Positions 39,458 through 51,907 of a DNA stretch of 64,000 nt are shown here, piece after piece. The stretch is from Octopus vulgaris (Eukaryota): positions 107,694,001-107,758,000 of the forward strand of contig OX597817.1 in the NCBI GenBank assembly GCA_951406725.2, written 5' to 3'. The notes beneath the pieces are model-generated. The model had not been told where the DNA came from. It ran no database searches and was given only the letters and a program-made list of their open reading frames with translations. Positions within the stretch are counted from its first letter, which is position 1. Each line of letters begins with the position of its first letter. Made by a program: the position numbers and the translations under genes.

Positions 39458-41486
39458 TCAAGGTTGATAAAATAAGTAGTACCAGAGGGACTAATATGCA
39501 GCATTGAATTTATTGGAGGAAAAATATTTTTACAAGAAACACCAAATAGCCATGCCTAATAATATCACAATTTATTACTTGAAAGCCAGTCCAAACATCA
39601 ATACTGCCAACTGTGAGAGTAAATTGGTTATTCATCTAATTGAAAGCTTTTGATTGATCTAAATTGATAAAAGTTCAACCAAACTTGGGTTTAAATTCCA
39701 AACATTTTGAATAAAATTGATTGAAAGCACATTTTATTTTGTTGAATGACTATTATCAACATTTCTTATATTAATAGAAAAGCAAATCTTATTTTGTTCC
39801 CCGTTCTCTGCATATAAAGTATCCTCTACTTGAAAACTTCCATTAGTTATTTTAATCTTTCTTAAATAAGAGCTTTCAACATATTTTCAAACTCAACTTT
39901 ATACTTATTTATGTCATAAAAATTTTAACTACCTTTGTAATGGCAGTTATGATTCTTCGTATTGTAATGACAGTTCATGCCCTGAATTCAGCCAAAATGA
40001 TGCTGTTGATATACAAGGTTAAATTCACTTTAAACTAATTGTCTTTATAAAGCTGAAATCCATCTAATTATGATATATTATATTTATGTATAGAACTGTC
40101 TATTTTTTCTTCATCATTGGTATTTTAAAGTTTATTCCAGATATGTGTTCTTACCTGATTGGCAAACCTACTGTTTTTTTTTTTAATTCAAACTTGAATT
40201 CTCACATCAACTCTTGCATTGTTATTGTATTGGCCTTACTCATCAAAATTTTAATTGTAAACAACCTATATCCTAAAGGCACTCACATGTTCCTTTGACT
40301 CCATCAGTACCAAGTTTTTATTTTAATTGATTGTACTAAAAAGCTTGCTCATACTTTGGTTCTTACTCTGGATATCACTCAAACTTACTGCATGTAAATG
40401 TTTTCCCTCCTAATAAGCTAAGTTTTAATAACTATAAGCCACAAGTTTCTGATGTTTCTTTTGAAAAAGTTTCTCTATAATATACCTACAATATTTTGAC
40501 TTGACATTTCTATATGAGAAAACAAAAAACAAAAATATATAAAAAACAGGATACTGATGTGACGTATTACAGGTTGCAGGTATGACCTGGTATGTTTTGT
40601 CTGTTGTGTTACACATTGTTATGTGTACATCTGCAGAGTGCACCTTCATGTTAACCTAGTAATCTTTCTTTAACAACCATTATTTCCAGAGGTGTATAAA
40701 AATAAACTGAACTGAATGAAATGCTCCAATACCAAAACTGTTTGCTGTAAAAGTGTTTTTTTTTCCTCATCAGTAATTATAAATTATCAGGTTATTACTA
40801 ATATAATATAAAAGTCACCTCAAGAACTGTAATAGGTTCATTACTTCAGACAAAATCACCATATTTCATATTACCTTTTTTTTTCTCCATTTCCCTTTTT
40901 GTTTTTTGTAAAGAGTAAAACCAACAAATCAATGTGTTTATAAATAAATACACATTAAAAATGTGTATAGGAAAATTATACTTTTACAAATGAGGCAAAA
41001 TGTATTTGCTTTGTAAGTCTCAATCTAGTTAATGTGTACTCTTATGATTATTATTAATATTATATTCAAACTAATTTCCTTTCATTGTCTTACACTATAT
41101 CTCAACTGGTTTAAATGAACATCTCAGATTTAACTTTGTTTAGTTCTTGTTTCAGTACTAGAATCATGGGTTATAACCTTGATATCATAATTAGTATAGT
41201 TATTATTTAACAGATTACTTCTGAGAAATTCTCAGATATATCTATAATATTGGTTTCTAAGCTACTACTTGGTATAAACGTTTGTATCATATTTCAAAGA
41301 TCTACATTTTCATGAAATACAAAATGCATTCACCTTTAAGTTATGGTTGAATAGTTAATGAGAAAAGGGGTTAGAAAGGGTTAGTAGCAGTGAAACAATT
41401 ACAAACAATTACTTCAATTATTGGAATCTGTTGTTGTTTGATTAATGAAGATTCAGCTGGACACAGGTGCACAGTGTTCTTAGTTT

Positions 41487-41605
41487 GTTGTTTTGTTGTG
41501 TTGTCTCATGTAGGAGTTTAGACCTGTATAGGTCTGAACTCCTACACTGAAAACCTACATGAGCCTGAAACTCCTACATGAGTCTGAAAACCCAACAAAA
41601 ACAGC
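41487..41605. repeat. Small hairpin with adjacent ~19-bp tandem repeats
   Basis: tgtaggagtttagacct-gtat-aggtctgaactcctaca (41509-41546), followed by ctgaaa(ct)cctacatgag repeats. Confidence 0.7.
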
Positions 41606-43309
41606 TTACCTAGTTCAAAAATGTAAATAAAGCAATGTCTCTATCGATCTGTATGTAAAACAATGTCTCTATCTATCTAATGTCTTATACCAGTTGAATA
41701 ATGCAAGAGATAAAATATATGTTAACATTTTTTCTTCTTATCAATTAAATTTTTTTTCAAAGGAAGATTTCTTTCTGACATATTTTAAAATAATTTTCTT
41801 AACCATTTGCCTGTCCAAATGATTTTTATAGTTATCCTAAATGTTCATGCTTATTTTCAGACTTATATTTAGTCCTTATTTCATATGTTCTTAGTAATAT
41901 AAAGCTTTCCTTTCATAAGTCCCAAGTTACTCTGGTGGCTGGAAAAAAAATTTTAAATGTTATATATAATACATTGACTCAAAGGAAATATGTTCTGTGT
42001 ATCACATATGACACACAGGATGGACAAAGAGTTAATTCTTAAAATTATCACTTGTGAATAATATTTGCTAATCTGATATATATGAATTAAAAATAATTTT
42101 TTCTGTTCTATATTTTGACAGTTTGGGTTTTTTTATCTACAAAGAATGGTAGGATTAGAAATCTGAATTCTTCTTCAGTGTTGTGATAGGTTTAACTTAT
42201 TGAAAGTATAATGTAAGTTATAGCATTATATTTAAACATCTGGCATAGGTTTAGTATTGTACTCCTTTCACTGATACAACTAATTTAAAAACAAAACTAG
42301 ATTGATTATTTAAAACTAATTGCACTTTGATTTATAAATATTATAAATATATTTTTCTCTGAAGTTCTTGCCAATTGTTATAAATCCTGTTATCGATCTA
42401 TTGATATATCTTTTTGAACTATTCATTGTAGCTCATAAAAGGCCCCTTTAGACTTGATATCTGCTGCAGTAACTTGGTAAATTTTCTCCTCTTGAGAATT
42501 TCATAGAAATCTGTGTTACCAAACACTAAAACTCACATTTGAGATTAACCTCTTTATTAATAATAGTAATTGATCAAACACATTCTTTTTATTAATAACA
42601 ATGGAGGTTTATTTGAAAAAATAAGTTGAACATTTTTTGTAAATACGTAATCTCTAATTAAAATGATTGGTTTTCTTTTTGTTTGTGTTTTTCACCTTTC
42701 AAAATTTGTGTAGTTAATATGAATATTACCAATCATAGTAAACATAGTTAAAAATAAACATTTCTAAAAAGAATAATAACTGTGTATCTTAGTATTATAA
42801 TATAAATATGCAATATAATTTTAGCAGACAATATATTGGATTAGATTTTATCTTTCTTGCTACTAAGATTCATTAAACATTTGCCATTAAATGTTGGTGT
42901 TTAGTTATTAATTTTTAGGATTCTGCACTTATGAATTGCAAATGTTAATTCTTTCTACCTGGTTTTAACCCTGTATTTCTAGTTCACTATACTGTACACT
43001 GTATTCCATTTCTTTTTTTAATATTTCTCTTCTAATATGTTCTAATATACATTTTTTGCCTTATACAGAAGTATAAAGCAGTATTTCTATTACTGTAACC
43101 TAAATATTTTAAGATTCTATCTCAATATTTAACATAAGTGAGATATACATTGCAGATAATTAAGGGGGCTATTGTGAGGATTTAGGAGAACTGCAGAGGT
43201 ATTTAAGTTAAGTGTAGAATAATATATGACTTAGTACACAAACTGTAAATGCAAATTGAATTTTGTGAGAGCTATGCAACTCTTGCATAGAAATGTTATT
43301 ACCATTTAG

Positions 43310-43560
43310 AGCCTATGTGCATGTTATATTCAGTGATGAATTTAGCATGCATACAAGTGTCCATCAGAGCTTGGTTCTCATCCCCCTCTTATTCATTATA
43401 GTTCTCCAGGCCATAACAAAGGCATTTAACACTGGCTGTCTATAGTTGTATACCATCACCTAGTTTTCATTGCTGGATCTGTCAAAGAGTTAGTGAAGAA
43501 ATTCCAAATGTGAAAGAAAAGCCTAAAATTGAGAGGTCTTAAAACTCAGCAAAGACAAAG
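43310..43560 (+). mobile_element. Old RTE RT fragment
   Basis: gtccatcagagcttggttctcatccccctcttattcattatagttctccaggccataac is homologous to 56792-56850. Confidence 0.7.
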
Positions 43561-44389
43561 TGTTTTAATCAGCAGGAATGAAGACAAGACTTTACTGCCA
43601 TTTCGAAAGTATACATGTCTGATATACAGAAAAGCAGTATGAATTTCATACAGTGTTTGCACAAAAGATGCAGGGATCATCGGCAGGCTGACAAAAAAGG
43701 AAGGCTGCAGCAGTAGAATATTTTGAAAGGTTTCTTTCTCCTGCCTACTACTGGTGGTGGTGATTCTTTCTAAGAGTTTATGGTGAATGAGATAAATAAT
43801 TATTATGTATAGCATTGGATACAGCTTAGTGTTTTGCATCACTGTTCCAGACTGAATTTGTGGAAATCTTTGATTTGTGCATTTATTTGACCTGTGGTAA
43901 GTATGAAGCTGATAAAGAAACCCACCATTATTTCATACTGAAATACTTACAAACATTCTCTATATGTTTCTCTAAGTGATGGTTAGTAATATATTTGAAT
44001 TTAACCCATGATATATCCACAGCTTGAAAACCGAAAATGAACTATGACATGACAGGATATGAACTGATTGACCTGTATTTTTTTTTGCTTCCCTAGAGAA
44101 ATTTATGACTGTCAGGAATTTTAGTCCTGACAAAATCCTTTTTATTCTTGAGACTGTTTAAGGATTCAAAGGAGGATTTGTATTAGTAAACTACATAAAA
44201 ATAAGGAAGTAGTATCAGTAATTTTTTTAGTATTACTCAGTTGTTTGGGACATGTCTTAAAATATTTTTAACATGAAATTATGACAGAAGCATTTAACTT
44301 AGATTGAAAAATTAAGAAACAGATGTTTGGGTAGTCTGAGGGAAGTTTGTATAAAAAAAGATATGGTTATTTCAGTCATTCATCCATCT

Positions 44390-44790
44390 TTACCTACAGT
44401 TACTGGGAGAAACTTGGAGTAATCCTCAAGTATCTCCCTCATAGGGTCCTACCAGAAGCAACCATCATTTAACTTTTTGACTGGACTTCCTAGCATGACC
44501 AAGTGAGATTATTAGGATATTGTCCAATCATCCTGCTCTTGGTCTAGGTCTCCAGCTGATTGGTTAGTCTTGATGAATACATCTTGCAATTCTTTCAAAT
44601 GAGCTGTAACCCCTTGAAGTGAAGAAGTAGCACCTCAACTTGAAGTGATTTCCTAATCTTTGAGCAATGCATCCTGTCTAGTAATGTTACTCCAGAGATC
44701 CTTCAGAGGAACTCCATTTGGGACTCTTGTATTCATATTTGTATTCTTTTGGTTATTACCCAACATTCATTATTAAATGAGGGAATTAAA
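44390..44790 (-). mobile_element. RTE 3' fragment (family of 11455-11880)
   Basis: Reverse complement reads atgaatgttgggtaataacc..atacaagag..gagttcctctgaaggat. Confidence 0.6.
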
Positions 44791-45097
44791 ATTAGGCTAG
44801 TTTTAACAATATATTCAGTAAAAAGAGCTAATTGCCTCTCTTTCTTTTAAGATGTTGCAGTGTGATATGAGGTGAATTGGCCAGAAGAATGGGTTTTATC
44901 CTTGTGTTGGAAAATGTACAAGTTAAAGATAAGATAAAAGTCTTCAAACCTTTCAGGATAATGTTAATACTTAGTGTGTAGAACAGGGTATATAGGAAAG
45001 TAAGTTGATTTGCACTCTGTGACTAATGGGAGTGTAGGGATTTCATGTCAGCTGTTTATGTGATAAATAGTTACAGATGAGTGAGATTGAATCTGAG

Positions 45098-45598
45098 AAA
45101 CAAAGCTGTGAATTGTTTCTTGGCTTACTGGTTCTAAGCTGGATCAGAAATAGTTTTGTTGTGTCTGAAGGTGTGTTTTTGATGGATGATATTTATTTAG
45201 GGCTTATGTATAAATATATGCATATCATATTTAAAATAATACACACACACTTCACTGTCACTAAAACTTGATGAAGGGTGCAGGAAGCACCAGCATTGCT
45301 AGATATAAGAGTCAGAAACTCTTTTGCCACAAAAGCACATGTTCTATTTTTTGACGAGGTAAATTTCAGCTTCACCACCTGCAATGGAGTAAGTATTATT
45401 GATGATCATTAATTTCTATGCAAAATTGGCATGCCAATCTTATGTACTCACTTGCAGTGGGGAGGTTATCTCCCTTGTCAGTAAATAAAAAGTGCTTTTG
45501 TGACTAAAGAGTCTTTGACTCTTATTTCTAGCAATGCTGGTGCTCCTTGCACCCTTTGTCACTTTTTAGTGACAGTGAGTTATTTCCTTTTTAGTTTT
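45098..45598 (+). repeat. Copy 2 of the ~500-bp duplication (fold-back 45252-45578)
   Basis: Near-identical to 38941-39457. Confidence 0.95.
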
Positions 45599-45684
45599 GA
45601 ATTGCATCTAACCACCTTAAGTTTTCATATATATATATATATGTAAGCATACTGTGTTTTAAAATATATCCATATAAATATATT

Positions 45685-47142
45685 CAAGGTGTCTCAAAAC
45701 ATGTATACACACATTGAATGACTATAAAATCATTTTTATCAACATATTTCATTTTCAAGATTTGATAGAATCTATGGACAGAATTTAAGTTTTCGTGAAA
45801 GCCCCTGTTCTGGCCAAGATACTGATGATTATGAGAAACAATTGAATTACAAACATCAAGGAATATTTCTCATTTAAAGGCTGCCTTCATTTCATCAACT
45901 GTTGCTGGTTTTGTATAATAAACTTTTGCTTTTAATTATCCCCGGTATTCTACTGAATCATTTCATGCAACCCATTTGTTAAGCTAACTCTCATCAAGGT
46001 AAGCCCTTACATTACTATGGTAGTCTGGGTGTGCCCCATCTTGCTGAAAATAAAACTCCCCATCTGTAACTCCTGGTAAATTAACATGACATTCCTCCAT
46101 AATATGAGAGTTCTTAGATCCCCATTAGGTTCAGTTATGATGGTTGGTTGATCCAGGTAATTTAAATGTATCTTTTATCTTTTACTTGTTTCAGTCATTT
46201 GACTGTTGCCATGCTGGGGCATTGCCTGAAGGGTTTTAGTTAAACAAATCAGCCCCAGAACTCATTTTCTTAAGCCTTGTACATATTCTTTTGCTCTCTT
46301 TTGCTGAACCATTACTTTATGGGGATGTAAACACACCAACACTGGTTGTCAAGTGGTGGTGGGGGATGAACAGACACACATTGCTGTATGCACATTTGTA
46401 TATATATGACGGGCTTCTTTTGGTTTCTGTCTATGAAATCCACTCACAAGTCTTTGGTTAGCCTGAAACTATAGTAGATGACAGTTGCCCAAGGTACCAT
46501 GCAGTGAGACTGAACCTGGAATCATGTGAATGGGAAGCAAGCTTCTTACCACACAGTCATGCCTGCACCTATATTTTCATCATTCCAAACAATTGGATAG
46601 TGAGCATCTTTATCTTTTACACATGTTGCCAAGCACCAGTCACAAAATGTCACTCTTTGGTCTGGATCATTTTTATTGAGAGTGTAGACTATCTTTGGAA
46701 TGTAACTTTTCCAATGACAGCGCTTCAAAATTCATTTGGACTCTTGATTTTGAAATTCCTATCACATAACTCAATTGCTGAAAAATTTTCTTGAATTCTG
46801 GGAAATACATTTCTAGTGTTCTTTTTTGCTTTGCAGGTCATGTTGATGGCCTCAGTCTTTTGGAACATTTCTTGCAGACATTCGGGATTGTTCCATCTGC
46901 TTGAAACTCATCTCTAATCTGAGTGATGGCAAATTGCATTGGTGAATCTGTTTGAACTGCCCCTCTAAACTGTCTTTGCAGCTTTGCACTGTGGCTGCAT
47001 TTTTGAACTTCCAGTAGTACTTCAAATTTCTTTCGTTCAAAGTTTGGGCTGGCACCCTTCATTATTTGTAATGGGTTAAATCTAATAAGTGAAAATTAAG
47101 CTATCAGTTTTTGAAGTGTGTATACATTTTGGCGACACTCTG
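45685..47142 (-). mobile_element. Tc1/mariner-superfamily transposon relic with both TIRs, interrupted by a SINE (46170-46570)
   Basis: TIRs caaggtgtctcaaaacatgtatacac / gtgtatacattttggcgacactctg-TA. Minus-strand pieces read YWKFKN, QRQFR..QIRDEFQADGT, LNKNDPDQRVTFCDW..IVWNDE, TFKLPGSTNHHN..HVNLPGVT and QQDGA. Confidence 0.85.
46170..46570 (-). mobile_element. SINE family A, full length, nested in the transposase
   Basis: Splits the transposase between WNDE and TFKL. Confidence 0.85.
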
Positions 47143-47329
47143 TATACATGCCTGTCTGTCTGCCCTAATCTATACGTAAATAAATATTTTATGAATAAAT
47201 AGATACATTAATACATATGCATATTAACACATAAGAATGTGTGTATTACTCTCTCTCTCTCTTTGAATATACTACTATACATAACTATATATAACCATGT
47301 ATATATATTTATATATATACATACATAAA

Positions 47330-47374
<45 letters not shown>

Positions 47375-48260
47375 ATGTATATATATATGTATGTGTATGT
47401 ATATATATATATATATGTATGTGTATGTATGTATATATATGTATGTGTATGTATATATATGTATGTGTATGTATATATATATATATGTATGTGTATGTAT
47501 ATATATGTATGTGTATGTATATATATGTATGTGTATGTATATATATATATATGTATGTGTATATATATATATATATATATGTATGTGTATGTATATATAT
47601 ATATATGTATGTGTATATGTATATATATATATATGTATGTGTATGTATATATATATATATGTATGTGTATGTATATATATATATATATATGTATATGTAT
47701 GTATATATATATATATATGTATGTGTATGTATGTATATATATATATGTATGTGTATGTATATATATATGTATGTGTATGTATATATATATATATATATGT
47801 ATGTGTATGTATATATATATATATATGTATGTGTATGTATATATATATGTATGTGTATGTATATATATATGTATGTGTATGTATATATATATGTATGTGT
47901 ATGTATATATATATATATATGTATGTGTATGTATATATATATATATATATGTATGTGTATGTATATATATATATATATGTATGTGTATGTATATATATAT
48001 ATATGTATGTGTATGTATATATATATATATATGTATGTGTATGTATATATATATATATATGTATGTGTATGTATATATATATATATGTATGTGTATGTAT
48101 ATATATATATGTATGTGTATGTATATATATATATGTATGTGTATGTATATATATATGTGTGTATGTATATATATATATACATGTATGTGTATGTATATAT
48201 ATATATACATGTATGTGTATGTATATATATGTATATATGTGTATGTATGTATATATATAT
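47330..48260. repeat. ~930-bp compound array of GTATGTGTATG(TA)n units
   Basis: Directly visible; essentially uninterrupted purine/pyrimidine alternation. Confidence 0.97.
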
Positions 48261-48324
48261 GATGACATATGTAGCCTGGATTTTATCTACTCCGTTCCTT
48301 AACTCTTTTACTTATATATATACT

Positions 48325-48562
48325 CTTTTACTTGTTTCAGTCATTTGACTGTGACCCCAGGACTTATTCTTTGTAAGCCTAGTACTTATTCCATCGGTCT
48401 CTTTTGCTGAACCACTAAGTTACGGGGACGTAAACACACCAGCATCGGTTGTCAAGCGATGTTGGGGGAACAAACACAGACACACAGACATATACACACA
48501 CATACATATATACATACATATATACGACGGGCTTCTTTCAGTTTCTGTCTACCAAATCCACT
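48325..48562 (-). mobile_element. SINE family A, young (CpG-rich), head truncated
   Basis: ttacggggacgtaaacacaccagcatcggttgtcaagcg; ends at a 10-bp hairpin cttcactata/tatagtgaag. Confidence 0.8.
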
Positions 48563-49433
48563 TCACTATATCTCTGAGGTATAGTGAAGTACTAATGTGC
48601 CCAGTGACCAGTACTGACTGGAACCATGGTAAGCCTATTACCACATAGTTCTGTGACAATATAATAATCTACACACTAAGAAGTTAGATTGATAAATAGA
48701 TATGTTATATTGGTAATAATATGGTTAATCAGAAAAATAAAGAAATATGTTGTGTAGTATATTTATAAGAATATTTATATCCAGGTACAGAAATTCTTCA
48801 AATTTTCTCAAAGAAATGAAATGGAGTGAAATAATATGATATAAAATAAAATAAAATGAAATAGAATATTTACATCCTTACATTTTAAGAATTTTTTCAT
48901 CTTAGTCCTTGAAAATGCTGCTGAAGGCAAGGAGTTCAATATTTTTTATTCTGCACCTTTACGTTGTATCATTCATGGACCCTATTGTTCACAACCCACA
49001 TGTCTTTGTCCTATGTTCTAATAATGTGATTTATAGCCTCATTGTGTTTTCACACATATTGTCCATAAGGAAATTTTTTTTTAATCCCATGACAATTTCC
49101 TCAGCAAAAGTCTTTTGACATCTGATTATACACAAATGTGTTTAGTATATTCATGCACATCTATATTTCAATCAGTGATACTTTGTACACTTCCAGGTTA
49201 TATATATGCATGCACATGCTTGCACACACACACACACACAAATATATTGTGTAAAAAACTTATCTTTTAATCTTACACCTTTTTTGATAATCCTTGATGC
49301 TACAAATACTATACTTTTATGGAAGAAAATTACATAATGCTGGCTTGAGCACAGTTTAAGACATCTTTGAATTTGAAAACCTCTTTTGTATTCAAGCAAA
49401 TTTTTTTCATTCTCTCTGTTTAGTTTCTCTTAT

Positions 49434-49473
49434 TCATTTCTGCTGAAGAGCATAGGCTCGAAATGTAAAAGAC
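49434..49473 (+). ncRNA. Degenerate minimal (Penelope-type) hammerhead motif within a ~49400-49560 fragment
   Basis: ttt-CTGCTGA-a-GAGCatagGCTC-GAAA-t-GTA-aaaga; downstream sequence parallels 34260-34350. Confidence 0.55.
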
Positions 49474-49636
49474 TTTTCATTTTCCCAAGCATCAAACTAA
49501 TACACTTGCATGTTGTTCATACACCTATCTTCATCTTTTGTTTTTCTATAAATTTCAGCTACACACACATATTTTGATTATGTATTTTGGCTGAATACCC
49601 CTCTCAGGATACAGCAATATAAATATAGGTATCTTT

Positions 49637-49838
49637 GTTTTGGAATAGTTGATTTTGAAGCATGTAAATCCATAAATAATAGCATGTGAATATTGGGATG
49701 GAAAACTCTTTTGGATAGAAAAAGTTGAAGGCTGTCCCTGTCAGTGGACCTTTTCTATCCAAAAGGGCTTTTTGATCCCAATATTTATATGCTGTTTTTT
49801 ATAGCTTTATGTACTTCAAGATCCACTATTCCTAAAAC
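49637..49838. repeat. Fold-back element with ~90-bp inverted arms and a 20-nt loop
   Basis: Arms 49637-49726 and 49747-49838; loop contains ccctgtcagt, similar to the cccttgtcagt block of the 39.3-kb family. Confidence 0.8.
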
Positions 49839-50019
49839 GAACTACTTCATATTCTTTTAAATTCTTGTTTTGACATCAAATACACTCCTTAAATAGTCTG
49901 ATGATTATTATCTACATGTTTATGATTTAAACATTGGGCAGAATGGAACATTAAAAAAATCTTTGTTACTATACATATATATATATATTTCTATTTGATA
50001 AAATGAATACACTTTTTAA

Positions 50020-50438
50020 CCCTTTTGTTACCATATTCCTATTGAAATAAACAACCTTATTTCAGCTACTTATGAAAATAATGAAAACTAGTAAAATAAT
50101 TTTGTCATTAGTAAGCTTAAGCTGGTATTGGGAACTTAAATTAATATGATATTTTGATTGATGGCTTTTAGATCACTTTAACCCTTTAGCATTCAGAATA
50201 AATGTAATATTTATTCACATTGTTTTGAATCAACCATGCATTATCTCATGGCCTTGAGATTTTGATGGTGTAATGGTATATTTTTAGAATGACATTGTAA
50301 GGTAGGTGTGAGAGGCGAGTTCTGGCTGGTGTGCACATGAAACAGGTAGAATATTTGGCTGGATCTCGCTGGTTTATATGCTAAAGTGTTAAAACAGAAA
50401 GATTGTATCACAGTCATGACAGATTGGTATCAAAAGGG
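50020..50438 (+). mobile_element. piggyBac-type MITE family A with a family B MITE (50182-50388) nested at an internal TTAA
   Basis: Outer TTAA at 50016-50019 and 50439-50442 with cccttttgttacc / ggtatcaaaaggg; inner TTAA at 50178-50181 and 50389-50392 with ccctttagcat / atgctaaagtg. Confidence 0.88.
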
Positions 50439-50948
50439 TTAAATGTTATGTCCTTAAGATTTTAAAGATAGTTTGCTTTTGAATTGAAAGTACACAGTTA
50501 CTATGTTTCAGATGAAACTGTGAAGAAGTAGCTGTCAGACAAACTAGATGACTTGCAGCTCCTGTATTTTTTATCATTTCAGTGTTTTATTATTTTTTGT
50601 GTGACCAACACATTCATACACACTAATAACAAGCATACATATTGTTGTATCCTCAAATTACTTTCACCATGACTTAATTCTAAAATAATTTACCATTCAT
50701 TGTCCCCATATCTGACTGGTAGAAAAACAAAATATATTAATGTGAAATGTTTCTGTTATGTAGCTGTCCAGGAATATGGCACTTTTTCTCCCTCAGGCCA
50801 GTAATATATTCTATTCATTTGCTTATTCTATATTTCTAGACAGATTCCATATTATACTTCCTGTAGTGGTTTCAATATTCATTATGCACACAGTTCTCTC
50901 TCTCTCTCCTTATCTCTTTCTCTCGGTCCCTCCCTCTCTTTGACATAG

Positions 50949-50975
50949 TGCCTGATGATCTTAGCAGGCCTTTGT
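50949..50975 (+). CDS. Candidate 27-nt symmetric microexon of the SLC4 gene (LPDDLSRPL)
   Basis: ~50-nt pyrimidine tract and catAG acceptor; phase 1-1 and stop-free; donor GTTATG is poor. Confidence 0.25.
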
Positions 50976-51099
50976 GTTATGCAATGCAAATTTACGCACA
51001 TCACTACTTTCTAAACAATAGATATTGCATAATTTCATGTAATTTTCTATTTTCATAGATCAATGAATTTTTTCAACTTTTTATTGATATTGTACTTCG

Positions 51100-51297
51100 A
51101 TAATAATAATAATAATAATAATAATGATAATAATGATAATAATGATAATGATGATAATGATAATGATGATAATAATGATAATAATAATAATGATAATAAT
51201 AATAATAATAATGATAATAATGATAATGATAATAATAATAATGATAATGATAATAATAATAATAATGATGATAATAATAATAATAATAATAATAATC
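51100..51297. repeat. (AAT/GAT)n trinucleotide microsatellite
   Basis: Directly visible; source of the poly-N/D, poly-I and poly-L ORFs. Confidence 0.97.
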
Positions 51298-51613
51298 CCA
51301 ATGAGGATTTCTTGCATCTTTATTTTTGATTTTTGTATTTTTAAATTTTTTAACAGTAATTGTTTGAATACTATTTATAATAATAATAATAATAATATTG
51401 ATTAGAATAATAATTAGGAAAATAAAATCAATAACTAGAATAGAAATGATTATAATAAAAATAGTAATAATTAGTTGTAGTAGTTTCCTTCTACTAGTAT
51501 CTCTAGTAAAGATACATAGTTAGATCAGGCTTCACAATTTTGCTTCCAATTTGTCTGATAGAATTGTGTTTATCATATCTGAAAGTATTCTAGTGTGTAT
51601 GTATGTGTGTGTA

Positions 51614-51677
<64 letters not shown>

Positions 51678-51907
51678 TATTTCTATCATCACTGCAGTTT
51701 TCTCAATGTGCTTTCTTTAAAGTTAGTATTATCATCATAGTATCTACCTGAAAGTACTGATATTGCACATTTTCCTTTTTGTTTAACCACATACACTAAT
51801 TGCAGAAAGGCTATTCTAATGATTGTTTTGAAATAAACATTTAATGTTCCTCATTGCAATGTAAGGTTGATAATTCTGCTGTTGTAAGATTTGTTTTAAG
51901 ATTTGTT

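Noticed and set aside
48561-48589. 10-bp hairpin resembling a terminator
   Set aside because: Eukaryotic context with no U-tract; most likely a scar at the SINE truncation point.
51053-51405. Poly-N/D, poly-I and poly-L/S ORFs
   Set aside because: They are translations of an (AAT/GAT)n microsatellite with no splice or homology support.
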